Shown here one piece after another: positions 16,521 through 25,823 of a DNA stretch of 64,000 bases. A program made the translations under genes and the position numbers. Origin of the DNA: an uncultured virus (IMG/VR IMGVR_UViG_3300032167_000116) (taxonomy: Duplodnaviria > Heunggongvirae > Uroviricota > Caudoviricetes); IMG/VR virus record IMGVR_UViG_3300032167_000116, positions 1-64,000 of that record. One strand, written 5' to 3'. Under the pieces are notes generated by a model. It saw only the letters and a list, made by a program, of their open reading frames with translations. It was not told where the DNA came from and did no database searches. The stretch's first letter is position 1, and every line of letters begins with the position of its first letter.

Positions 16521-18129
16521 GCCCTTTCAGTCCTTTCTTTTGCCCTGTTTCTGATGTGTTTAAATAGCCCAAAATTTTTCTGAACTCCTCATTTTCTTGC
16601 AGTGATTCAGCTTCGATCAATACATTTGTTGATTCATATTTCGTGCCTGCAATCGTATGAGTTTTTTTACATCCAAATCTTCTTTTCAAAACATCTGTTG
16701 TTAGTTCCTTGAATCCGTTTCCGGTTGCCGATTGCAGTTCCAAATACATATATCCCGATTCTGTTCTTTTTACAATCGAAGCATGGTTTCCTGTCGATAA
16801 ATAATATTCTTTGTTTGGTTCCATTGATTGTAACAAGGAAGATGCGGCTTTTAAATCATTGTATTCTTTTAATATCGTACTTCTAACATTCGGCATTTCT
16901 GCAATCTCTTTTATGTTGCCATTTCTTCCAAAGAAACTTCGGCTTTCTCCACCTCTGAAATCCAAGACATCATATCCGCACTTATTGCCTATATATGCAA
17001 ACCCAAGCGATGAACATGAACCATTTGTCATATCACCGCCGCCCAATCTACTTATTATTTCGGCATCTGTTAGTGATTTCTTAAGGTCTTTTACATCATT
17101 GTATTCAATTCCGCTTTTTTGTAGTTTTTTCAAAGGAATACTAATTTCAGCATCATTTATCTTTTGTACGCCGCTTCGGACACGCTCGGATGCCTGCTTG
17201 TACTGTTTCTTGAACCCTTCGTAATTCCTATCATCCACAATGGCAAATTGCGTTGTGCCTTCATCATCAATCAGCACCGGGGCATCTTCGCTCCATTTGG
17301 TATAGCTTCCGCCCAATAACCACCGCGCCTTTGAATTGCATCGGCAACGGCAGTTCACTACTTCTTCCGCCCTGCCGCTCGGATCGCCGGGATATAACAA
17401 ACCATTGGAGAATACTTCTTCAACCTCTCGGATTTCTCCGTCAACTTCCCTGTGCGTGTCGCGTGTCCTGCTATCAAGTGCGGCACTCCATACTTTCACG
17501 ATATCTGCGCCCTTATCCTTTGCCTTTATATGCGCATCCATCGTTGCTCTTTCCTGTATGCGATGCCCTTCGGTTCTTGCAATCCGCATTGCGTTATTCT
17601 TAGGAATACGCGCCCATGAAGAAATATTCCGGGAAATCTCGGAATACATCATGCCTGTTGATATTCCGCGACTAATTTCCCCGGCAATCTTCTTCCGCAG
17701 GTCCACAACATCTTTTCCAAGTGCAGTATAAAGGCTTTCAGATAGCTTTGTTTCGTGCATTACTGCCGCCACAACCTGCGCTTGGTCTATCGGGAAGATA
17801 AGCGGTATTCCCTGCCCCTGCAAGTCGTACATGGTGCCAATAAAACCATCTTCATAGGACTTTGTAAGGTACTCCGATATGGTTTCAAATTCGTTCGTTT
17901 GCAAGGTTTCAAGAATAGCCTGCACCTGCGTTTTCAATGCCTTCTGATACTCTACTTGGTATATAACATGTTGCATATCGGCATCCTGCCGGGATAGCAA
18001 CAATTCAATCTTGCTGTTGATTTCCCCAAGTGCATCTTCATAATTGCTTTCCAACTGCTTTAATACCGCTTTTTCGTTGTCAAGTTGTACCTGCATGATT
18101 TCCTTCTGCCGTTTATTCAACCGCAACAC
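16510..18129 (-). CDS. Minor head protein (MuF/SPP1 gp7-like) with a C-terminal extension
   Basis: RIARTE, LDSRTRDTH and NCRC motifs; about 210 extra aa versus 53798..54850. Confidence 0.88.
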   Translation of the reverse strand: MLRLNKRQKEIMQVQLDNEKAVLKQLESNYEDALGEINSKIELLLSRQDADMQHVIYQVEYQKALKTQVQAILETLQTNEFETISEYLTKSYEDGFIGTMYDLQGQGIPLIFPIDQAQVVAAVMHETKLSESLYTALGKDVVDLRKKIAGEISRGISTGMMYSEISRNISSWARIPKNNAMRIARTEGHRIQERATMDAHIKAKDKGADIVKVWSAALDSRTRDTHREVDGEIREVEEVFSNGLLYPGDPSGRAEEVVNCRCRCNSKARWLLGGSYTKWSEDAPVLIDDEGTTQFAIVDDRNYEGFKKQYKQASERVRSGVQKINDAEISIPLKKLQKSGIEYNDVKDLKKSLTDAEIISRLGGGDMTNGSCSSLGFAYIGNKCGYDVLDFRGGESRSFFGRNGNIKEIAEMPNVRSTILKEYNDLKAASSLLQSMEPNKEYYLSTGNHASIVKRTESGYMYLELQSATGNGFKELTTDVLKRRFGCKKTHTIAGTKYESTNVLIEAESLQENEEFRKILGYLNTSETGQKKGLKGHVK

Positions 18130-19585
18130 CTACTTCTTCCACCGGGGCATTGTTCAATGCCGCCTGCGCCGCGTTCACTTCCTGCTCCGCTTCATCCGGA
18201 TTCGGAAGTTTGTCTTTGATATCATCGTAATCAAGGTCCAACTGCTCGCAAATCAACTGCATCAAGGTTTCATTGTCAAGCTGCGCCGCAATATTTAAAA
18301 GCGTTGTGATTTCCGTCTGCCGCTTCTGTGCTTCGGTCAATCGGTTCTGTGCGTTCTCCTGCTCGTTTGACATAATTTCATGTTCAAAGCTGAAATATAC
18401 ATCCTTCATTTGGTAATCGGTGCCCTGCTGTTTGTTGATTTCATCAATAACAACCTTGATAATCTTCCGCAGGAACTGCTTCAACCGGATTTCCAACTTG
18501 GAACACTTCAAATCAAGCAGGGAATATGCCGCCTTGATTGCAATGTTGGTTGTTGCCGCCGTGTCCTTCATACCGGACAGATTCAAGCCGAAGCCGAAAC
18601 GGTAAATATTCTTTTCGTCCAATTCCAACTTCGCCTGCCGCGCTTGATACGGAATGTCTACCGTGTGAACCTCAACGCCGCCTTCCTCACTTACCCCGAT
18701 AAGTTTCTTCGTTTTCAAGTTCTGCTGTAATACATCAAGATTATCACCCTCGAATCCTCTTACAACATGAATCGGAGTATCGAAATCTGCAAGGTTATTG
18801 GAAAGACTGCTTGCCATTACATCGTAATCGTCAATAAGCGGCTTAATCGGCTTTAATGCGGAAGTCTGCTTCTTGCATCCATCCAACCGGAAGAAAGGAA
18901 TATATCCGAAGGAATCATAGTAGGTCTTTTCCTTGCCTTCCTCTGCATACAGTGTGTGCGGCTTCGGATTTATCGGTTCCATCGTATCAACCTCGATTTC
19001 TCCGTTGTCCGCCTGCACATAATATGCAACCTGCTCCGCATCCCAATCCATAATGCGCTTGATTCTCTTTCCTTCACGATCTACCCGGTCAATATACCAA
19101 TAAATGATATGCTCTTTTTCATCACTCGCAAATCTTGCTTCTACCTCAATAACGCCGATTGAATCAGCGCAGGCAAACGCCGTTCTGTTGTCCGCGTTCT
19201 TATATGCGTGCATATAATCGAATCCCTTTGTTTGGCATCCGGTCAATACCTCGGACAGTTCCGAAACAAAATCTTCGTTCTCGTTGAAATAGGCATCCAG
19301 TTCCGTTTGTAACTCCGGTTTGTCGGACCGGATAAAGCCGCCTTCACCGGAAAGGATATACTGTGTTGCTTGGTCTACTAATTCCGTGAAGAACGGATGC
19401 GGAATCTTTACATTGCTTCTTGTCTTATCTTCTACAAGATTTCCATCCGCATTGTAATAAAATAACCGCGTGTTCAGTATGTCATGCTCACCGTTGTAAT
19501 AGGCTTCGCCCTGCCGCGCCAACCTCTTTTTTGCGGATGCCGCATCTTCATCCATAAACTGCTTTATTTCTTCAATTCTAAGCAC
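18113..19585 (-). CDS. Portal protein (SPP1 gp6-like)
   Basis: YYNGEHDIL and KPLIDDYD motifs; follows terL. Confidence 0.92.
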   Translation of the reverse strand: MLRIEEIKQFMDEDAASAKKRLARQGEAYYNGEHDILNTRLFYYNADGNLVEDKTRSNVKIPHPFFTELVDQATQYILSGEGGFIRSDKPELQTELDAYFNENEDFVSELSEVLTGCQTKGFDYMHAYKNADNRTAFACADSIGVIEVEARFASDEKEHIIYWYIDRVDREGKRIKRIMDWDAEQVAYYVQADNGEIEVDTMEPINPKPHTLYAEEGKEKTYYDSFGYIPFFRLDGCKKQTSALKPIKPLIDDYDVMASSLSNNLADFDTPIHVVRGFEGDNLDVLQQNLKTKKLIGVSEEGGVEVHTVDIPYQARQAKLELDEKNIYRFGFGLNLSGMKDTAATTNIAIKAAYSLLDLKCSKLEIRLKQFLRKIIKVVIDEINKQQGTDYQMKDVYFSFEHEIMSNEQENAQNRLTEAQKRQTEITTLLNIAAQLDNETLMQLICEQLDLDYDDIKDKLPNPDEAEQEVNAAQAALNNAPVEEVGVAVE

Positions 19586-19600
19586 TTTTGCACCGCCTTT

Positions 19601-20833
19601 CTATACAAGCCAACCTTTTTGCTTTCTCCATCGTTCCGGAACATATCGCAACGCCGCCATTGCATCGTCTTGGAACGATACTGGCTCATCGTAATATTCC
19701 CCGGTCTTTTCATCCTTCTTCCATTTCCACTGTTGCAATTCCTTAATGGTATTCGTGCAGGAAGGATGCACATATATTTTCCGCTGTTTAAGCCAATCAA
19801 TTTGCGCCTTGACGGAACCTGCGGAACCGCCCTTATCAACGCCCTTTGCCCGGAAGCCTGCTTTCTTCCACATCTTGATTCTGTCCGGCTCCGCGCTATC
19901 GCACCACATTTCCCGGTTCTTCGGTATCTCCATCTGCTCCGCAATGGCAATCAGTTCCGAAGTGTCCTTTTCAAACTCATAGATTTCTTTGGTGATGTAC
20001 AAATCACCGTCTTTCCATCCAACCGGGAGAATTGCGTTTGCATGGTTGAATCCGAAGTCCTGCCCGATTGCGAAATCATCGTAATCTGCCGGATTCTGCG
20101 AAATCTCTTTGACTTCCCAATTATGGAGTATCAAACCGCCAATTTCGCCCCATTCTCCCAATCCATAGATTTGATATCCTTCCGGATCGACAACCTTTCT
20201 TCGTTCCATTCGCGCCCGGTACGCATCGTCTATGAATCTATTTGTTAGATATGTGCTGTGGTGTGTAAGCACATTTTCGTCCGGAATATCAAAAAAGACT
20301 TTCTTTATCCAGTGATTCTTGTTTACCGGATTGAAAGTCAATCGTATTTGATAGAACTGCCCCGGCGGAAGTTCGCCACGCAATCTATCGTCTATTATTT
20401 CGAAGTCTGCCTGCGTGATTTCCGTTGCTTCCTCTATCCATACATCTGTAAGTTTGCCCTTTTGGAAGGTGATAGATTTCAGCTTCTCTCGTTGCTTCTC
20501 ATCGTTCACGCCCCGGAAGATTATCTTGTTTCCGTTCGCCTTGCAAGTAAGCTGCAATGGGCTTTGCTTTATATCCCAATATTTATCCGCCTGCGCTCCA
20601 AACATCCGATAAACAGCACCTGTCAACTCTGCATAGGTGCTGTCACGGTTTGTAATATCTGATTTACGGATGCACACAAGGTTCCTGCCCTTGTCCTGCA
20701 TCATTCTCAAAATATAATTCATGGCAGTATCAACCGATTTCCCGGAACCTGCACTGCCCTTCATCACTATATACCGCTTCTTGCTATCATCCACTTCCTC
20801 GAAGCAGGCGTTCATGTTGATATCAATATCCAT
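19601..20833 (-). CDS. terL: Terminase large subunit (PBSX family)
   Basis: Walker A GSAGSGKS, VWIEEATE, TFNP, GQDFGF, DDAMAALRY. Confidence 0.95.
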   Translation of the reverse strand: MDIDINMNACFEEVDDSKKRYIVMKGSAGSGKSVDTAMNYILRMMQDKGRNLVCIRKSDITNRDSTYAELTGAVYRMFGAQADKYWDIKQSPLQLTCKANGNKIIFRGVNDEKQREKLKSITFQKGKLTDVWIEEATEITQADFEIIDDRLRGELPPGQFYQIRLTFNPVNKNHWIKKVFFDIPDENVLTHHSTYLTNRFIDDAYRARMERRKVVDPEGYQIYGLGEWGEIGGLILHNWEVKEISQNPADYDDFAIGQDFGFNHANAILPVGWKDGDLYITKEIYEFEKDTSELIAIAEQMEIPKNREMWCDSAEPDRIKMWKKAGFRAKGVDKGGSAGSVKAQIDWLKQRKIYVHPSCTNTIKELQQWKWKKDEKTGEYYDEPVSFQDDAMAALRYVPERWRKQKGWLV

Positions 20834-20836
20834 AAG

Positions 20837-21256
20837 CTACACCCGGCGGACATTGATTGTCATTTCCATATCCGCATCCACTTCCATTTTGTCAACCAAC
20901 AATCCGTATCGTTTCGCAAGCATTTCTGCCGCCTTTAATTGGTTTACCTGCTTTCGCACCGGAATCTTTGACACTCCGCCTTCCAGATCGACAACACACT
21001 GTTCGTCCGTTTCGGTTCCTCGCATAACTGCGGTAAGGTATTTCAGTATTTCGTCTTGGTCCGCAATCAGTTCCTTGTCCTTCTCTGCAAGCCTTTTGTC
21101 AATGTATTCTCGCAAGTAAGGTTTTGTCATGTTCTCATTTGCAATCTGTTTTGCTGTCTTTTCCGAATATCCTGCTCTTATTGCCGCCTGTGTTGCATTC
21201 AAGTCAATTAAATACTCATCACAGAACCGCTGCTGTTTTGCTGTTAGCTTCGCCAT
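20837..21256 (-). CDS. terS: Terminase small subunit
   Basis: KQQRFCDEYLIDLNATQAAIRAGYS motif; start taken at MAKL. Confidence 0.93.
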   Translation of the reverse strand: MAKLTAKQQRFCDEYLIDLNATQAAIRAGYSEKTAKQIANENMTKPYLREYIDKRLAEKDKELIADQDEILKYLTAVMRGTETDEQCVVDLEGGVSKIPVRKQVNQLKAAEMLAKRYGLLVDKMEVDADMEMTINVRRV

Positions 21257-21286
21257 CCTGCAACACCGCCCTTTCTGTTTTTCTCC

Positions 21287-21380
21287 AAACAAAAAGCCCA
21301 CCGATATAAGGAGTGGGAATATCGGCAGGCTAAATACAAAAGGCACCGTCCGAAATGGTAGACAGTGCCTTTTATGAATC
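21287..21380 (-). ncRNA. Putative structured leader/sRNA: two terminator-like hairpins upstream of terS
   Basis: Same architecture at 58331..58424, with different stem sequences but a conserved GATTCAT, loop ACTCCT and TTTTTGTTT. Confidence 0.5.
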
Positions 21381-21382
21381 GC

Positions 21383-21862
21383 TTATGTAATTGTTATCCA
21401 ATGACAACCTGCACTTGTTCGGTGCGGTTTATCAAGAACCTGTTCAATGGCGCGTATGCGCCGATTGTACTTTTTTGCGGCTTCTGTCATTGTGTCGAAA
21501 ACCTCTCCGGTTTCAACATTCTTTACTTTCCGGCATCCGCCGCTGTGTGTGCCGCCCTTTGTGCAATTATATCCGTTTGGATATATACTGTCGTAGTGCT
21601 TTATCCAAAAGATTTCCTTTTCGCAGGCTTCTTCGTTCGTTGCCGCTTCGTCAATCTTTTCAATGGTGAAATTCATTTCGCCGTACTTCTCTATTGCTTC
21701 TTGCAATTTGAATCTGTGAATCGTTTTCACATTGTAGCAATGTTGCTTCCACCTTGCATCAATCGGCTTCATCGTTTTTCCGATGTAAACCTTTCCGTTC
21801 ACATCGTTTGTAATTTTGTATATGCTATACATTATTTTGTTTACCTTTCTTACATTATACAT
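21383..21862 (-). CDS. GIY-YIG homing-endonuclease-like protein with a NUMOD1-like C-terminus
   Basis: SIYKITN..KVYIGKT, R..QH, EIFWI, NGYN; ETGEVFDTMTEAAK. Confidence 0.85.
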   Translation of the reverse strand: MYNVRKVNKIMYSIYKITNDVNGKVYIGKTMKPIDARWKQHCYNVKTIHRFKLQEAIEKYGEMNFTIEKIDEAATNEEACEKEIFWIKHYDSIYPNGYNCTKGGTHSGGCRKVKNVETGEVFDTMTEAAKKYNRRIRAIEQVLDKPHRTSAGCHWITIT

Positions 21863-22526
21863 TATAATATCCCGGTCATGAAATTACCACAAAGTTTTAT
21901 AAAGTTTTGCAAACTCTTTTCAACTTTTTTTCATTTTTTGCTAGGTTTCCGGTTTCTTTTTCCGCTTTTTATTCGGATTCCGGGTGCAGGTGTCGAAATA
22001 TATACACTTCTTTGTACATGGTTCCTTTTCATCAAATCCGCATTTCGGTTTCTGATCCATTTTTACACCCCCTATTCACACAACATCAACATAAATCCAG
22101 CAATCGCAAGGAAAACCGTACCTTTCAAGAGTAGCAACGGTAAATATTCTTTGATTTTATCTTTCATGGTTGCTCCCACTTCCTTTCCTTCTTCCATCGT
22201 CTGCACCAATGCTCGAAACACTCTACATATCCTATACGGTGTCCGTCTATGGCACATTCGCATTTAACGTGTGCATCATCTTCTTGTTTTCGGATGTTAT
22301 TGCCGCAATTACAACACACTCTTTTCCGTTCTCCGGTCATGGTTGCTCCTTTCTAATCCACATGGACGAACTCTCTTACTATTTCGCACAATTCATTGTA
22401 ACAATCCGTACATAAATCAACTCTTTTCACGAAATCAAAATCACTAATTTCAGTATCTTCATAACCATTCATGGGATTAAATTCTTCTCCGCAATGGTCG
22501 CAAATGCAAATTGTTTTCTTCATCCC

Positions 22527-22883
22527 TTACTCCTTTCCTCGGACAATCGAGATTGCCGCATCAAAACAATCCGCCTTTCTGTCGCTCATATCGCACTCGT
22601 TATACATAAGTGAATCTTTCCATGAGTGTTCAGACCAATATGTTCTATCCTTTTCGTGTCGTTCTTTTTCTACTTCCAGTTCCGCAACCACCGCTTCCAC
22701 ATCGTAGGCAAGTTTACTCTCCACAAAAGCCTTTCGGAGCATTTCTGCGGTTTCCACTTCATATCTACCACACATTCCTTGCATGGTTTCAATGTCAATC
22801 ACGGCTCTTGAAAAGAAATCACTAAACCTATCCGCATCGTAATCTCCCTCAAACTCCTTCGGTATCTCAATCTCTATACGCAT
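22527..22883 (-). CDS. Hypothetical phage protein
   Basis: Strong RBS; co-oriented in a tightly packed early operon. Confidence 0.65.
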   Translation of the reverse strand: MRIEIEIPKEFEGDYDADRFSDFFSRAVIDIETMQGMCGRYEVETAEMLRKAFVESKLAYDVEAVVAELEVEKERHEKDRTYWSEHSWKDSLMYNECDMSDRKADCFDAAISIVRGKE

Positions 22884-22887
22884 GGTA

Positions 22888-23199
22888 TCACTCTCCTTTC
22901 AGTTCATTTGTGATTTCATCAATCACGCTTTCCCAAATGCTAATCATGTAATCTGCGCTCCAATCGTTTCTCTCCGTGGAATGCGCTCTTGCCTTTATCT
23001 GTTCCGAAAATTCCTCGATTGCCTTTGCTCTCGTTTCCTTTACCAATCCTTCCACCGTCTGCATCTTGCAATTCCAAGAATCGCACGTTCCGCTTGTGTG
23101 GTGGATGCACTTATCACAATTTCTGTCCATGCTATCACTCCTTTCCTTCGCTCCAATCAACATACAGCCTTCCGCAACAAATCTCACAATAAGTATCAT
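22888..23199 (-). CDS. Hypothetical Cys-containing protein (true start probably MDRNC)
   Basis: RBS AAGGAAAGGAG ahead of MDRNCDKC; operon packing. Confidence 0.55.
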   Translation of the reverse strand: MILIVRFVAEGCMLIGAKERSDSMDRNCDKCIHHTSGTCDSWNCKMQTVEGLVKETRAKAIEEFSEQIKARAHSTERNDWSADYMISIWESVIDEITNELKGE

Positions 23200-23434
23200 A
23201 CCTCGTTACATTCAGTGTTCTTTTGCAGTTTGGACAAACATACTTTTTCGTTTTCGGCCTCTTTGCCGTTGCCTTTTCCTTCAACTCTCGGAACTCGGAA
23301 ACAGTGCCGATTGCTCTGTATGCCTTTAATTCTTCAATGTCCGTATTTTTCTTTTGAACTGGCAATGCGTTCATGTAACCACCAAAACAAAAATTATCTT
23401 CATTTTCTTTCAAATCATTAAAAATCATACTCAT
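23135..23434 (-). CDS. Zn-ribbon hypothetical protein
   Basis: YVCPNC...YCEICC; shares YRAIGTVSEFRELKEKA with 59500..59811. Confidence 0.7.
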   Translation of the reverse strand: MSMIFNDLKENEDNFCFGGYMNALPVQKKNTDIEELKAYRAIGTVSEFRELKEKATAKRPKTKKYVCPNCKRTLNVTRYDTYCEICCGRLYVDWSEGKE

Positions 23435-23627
23435 TTCCGCTTACCTCGCTTTCCTGCTCTAACCGTTCTATCAGTTTTTCTCGTTGCTCTCGGTCTTTGG
23501 CTTCGATTTCCTGCAAACCATCCCGAAATTCAATTACGGTAATCTCCCCGGCTCTGTACTTCCGCTTTAGTGATTCTCTAGTGTCCTTCATTCCGTCACT
23601 CTCCAATCTGCCGAAGCAATGATTCAA
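23418..23627 (-). CDS. Hypothetical protein (true start probably MKDTRE)
   Basis: Homologue at 60016..60240. Confidence 0.7.
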   Translation of the reverse strand: MNHCFGRLESDGMKDTRESLKRKYRAGEITVIEFRDGLQEIEAKDREQREKLIERLEQESEVSGNEYDF

Positions 23628-24183
23628 TCGAAATTTTATTTCCGGTCTTTTTCAAATCCATTTTGTACCAATCCTCAACACATCCGTTTTCCGTAAAAAC
23701 AAAGCAAGTGTTTTCTGTGGCTTCGTCAATGACAAGTGCCTTTGTTCCTTCTTCATCCTCTACCACATCCCCCACCTTGATTTCCTTTTCCTTCTCATAG
23801 GCTTCGATTTTGGCAAGGGCTTCTTCCGGTTTGAACATATCGAACACATTCTTTATTCCGTTACAAGAATTATCCATACCGAATATTTTGTTTCTATCTG
23901 CGTGTGTTGTGTCGTAAATCTTCTTCGCCAACTCCCACGCATCGTTCAAACCGTCAGAATAGGTTTTGTCTGTAAAAACAATGCACTCTGCCGGAATTTC
24001 GTAGCCATATCTTCTTCCTCCGATTCCAATTTCGCAATCATAGGTCAAGTTTGCCGGATTTACTTCTAATACCTTTGATCTGATTAAAACTTCTTCACCA
24101 ACTTTAAACATACTTACTCTCCTTTCCCGGTGATAAATTCTGCATACGGCAAGGTTTCCACCCATGCACAGAACTCTCTCCAC
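23596..24183 (-). CDS. Hypothetical phage protein (true start probably MFKVGE)
   Basis: GLNDAWELAKKI and IKVGDVV motifs common in Clostridia phage early genes. Confidence 0.65.
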   Translation of the reverse strand: MERVLCMGGNLAVCRIYHRERRVSMFKVGEEVLIRSKVLEVNPANLTYDCEIGIGGRRYGYEIPAECIVFTDKTYSDGLNDAWELAKKIYDTTHADRNKIFGMDNSCNGIKNVFDMFKPEEALAKIEAYEKEKEIKVGDVVEDEEGTKALVIDEATENTCFVFTENGCVEDWYKMDLKKTGNKISIESLLRQIGE

Positions 24184-24677
24184 TCCGGCAATCTGTGGTT
24201 CTTCCTCTGCGAATAAATCGTCTTTAACTGCCGATAATTTGTAGTCATTGCCGCCGTAAGTTTAAAGCCGCACGGATTAGAATACAAAAGTCGCAAATAA
24301 TCTTCCGAATCCTGCGTTTCATTGTACCTATCCTTTAACTCGTTCATAATGGCAATCATACGCTTATCCGTATATTCGCTGTACTGATTGTCTAAATCGA
24401 ACTTCGCTATCCGGTGCATAGTAGATTGACTTGAAATAAAATCAAGAAAATGGTATCGTTCCGCTTCCGTCCATGCCTTAACAGTGAATGTCAAATCAAA
24501 CTGCACGATAATACCTGTCAAAAACTGATCGTGTCCGCTTCCCTTCTCGCAAACCGCAAGTTTATATGTAGTAGGTACAATTTTGCTGTTTAATTCTTCT
24601 ACCGTGGTTGCCATTGGGAACTTGCTGCCTCGCACGGCACTGTCGAATCCGTATACATTTACATTGCTTACTATCAT
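24114..24677 (-). CDS. Conserved phage protein, possibly a distant ThyX-like fold
   Basis: GHDQFL, EAERYH, SQSTMH and NYRQLK..QRKNHRLPEW motifs. Confidence 0.5.
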   Translation of the reverse strand: MIVSNVNVYGFDSAVRGSKFPMATTVEELNSKIVPTTYKLAVCEKGSGHDQFLTGIIVQFDLTFTVKAWTEAERYHFLDFISSQSTMHRIAKFDLDNQYSEYTDKRMIAIMNELKDRYNETQDSEDYLRLLYSNPCGFKLTAAMTTNYRQLKTIYSQRKNHRLPEWREFCAWVETLPYAEFITGKGE

Positions 24678-25096
24678 TTCAACGCTCCTTTCTGCATCTG
24701 CACATAGGCAAGGTATTTTCCGTAACTCATTCCCATTGCCTTTGCCTTGGCTTGTATCTCGTCAATGGTTTCGATGGGCTTCGGTTTCGGTTGCGCTTTT
24801 AGCATCAACCGTTCCGCCCTCATTTTTTCACGGTATACAGCACCCTGTTCCCTTGATCGCCTTTTGTTTCTCTCGGTATTGCATTCCGGACTACAAGTAA
24901 CGCTGTCGCATCTTTTCGCCTTGTACGCCTTGCCGCATTCAAGGCAGATTTTATCAAATTCCACCGGACCTAATTTCTTCCTCTCTTTGTGCGCCCGGTT
25001 CCTGCATCTTTGGGAACAATACTCCATTCTTCTTTCGTGTTGATTGCTTGCATCCACTTCAAAATTTCCGCCGCAATGCCTGCATTGTTTAATCAT
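24674..25096 (-). CDS. Cys-rich (two Zn-binding units) protein with a GMSYG C-terminal motif
   Basis: Paralogue of 26661..27131 and 58506..58967. Confidence 0.75.
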   Translation of the reverse strand: MIKQCRHCGGNFEVDASNQHERRMEYCSQRCRNRAHKERKKLGPVEFDKICLECGKAYKAKRCDSVTCSPECNTERNKRRSREQGAVYREKMRAERLMLKAQPKPKPIETIDEIQAKAKAMGMSYGKYLAYVQMQKGALK

Positions 25097-25411
25097 TTAT
25101 TGTCCTTTCTCCATCCGGTCCAACTGCCGGGCAATCTTGAAATCTATCTGCTCATTTACTACAGCTTCGATTCCGTACAAATAGGCAAGCTGCTCGCACA
25201 TAATCAGCACATCGGCAATCTCCTCGGCAATATCCGATATACTTGCAACAAATTCCTTTGCACTGTCCTTTCTCCGGTTGCTCTTGGTGATTGCCTGTAT
25301 CAGTTCCGCGCATTCCTCGATTGCAACCTGCTCCTGCGACTTTATTCCGTAATATACCGCAATCCCCTTAACCTTCCTTTTCTGTTCCTCTGTCATTTCT
25401 GCTCCTTTCAT
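25097..25411 (-). CDS. MazG-like nucleotide pyrophosphohydrolase
   Basis: EECAELIQAITK...EEIADV motif. Confidence 0.7.
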   Translation of the reverse strand: MKGAEMTEEQKRKVKGIAVYYGIKSQEQVAIEECAELIQAITKSNRRKDSAKEFVASISDIAEEIADVLIMCEQLAYLYGIEAVVNEQIDFKIARQLDRMEKGQ

Positions 25412-25823
25412 CCAGTGCCTTTTGCACCTGCGATAATGCCCTTTGATGCAGTCCGCCGGAAATCCATTGATATGTATAGTTCATATCCACCGCGATTTCT
25501 TCCCACTTCATGCGCGAAAAATACCGCTTGTACAATAACCGGATGCAGTCTGCATCGCAGGCACGGTCTATAAGTTCCATTGCTTCTTTCTTGTAATCTA
25601 CCAACCTATCAATGCTTGCGTTTATCTCACTCTGTACCTTCACAATCTTAATCACGCAATCTTCCAGTTTGGTTTGGCTCCCGGATGCCTGTACCCTCTC
25701 ACCACCAAGGGAAGCTGTGGTTTTCTCCGCCAATGCTTGCAGGCGTTCCAATTCTTCCATCTTGGTTTCGATTTTGGCATCCATCTTCTCGATCTGTTCT
25801 AAGTAATCAATAGCCTTCATCAT
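25368..25823 (-). CDS. RinA/ArpU/DUF1492-like late transcription activator
   Basis: LLYKRYF..MKWEEIA..MNY...HQRAL C-terminal HTH. Confidence 0.8.
   Translation of the reverse strand: MMKAIDYLEQIEKMDAKIETKMEELERLQALAEKTTASLGGERVQASGSQTKLEDCVIKIVKVQSEINASIDRLVDYKKEAMELIDRACDADCIRLLYKRYFSRMKWEEIAVDMNYTYQWISGGLHQRALSQVQKALDERSRNDRGTEKEG

Noticed and set aside
21365..22267. 300-aa plus-strand ORF
   Set aside because: It is antisense to the GIY-YIG gene and the late promoter, has an implausible composition and shows no motif.
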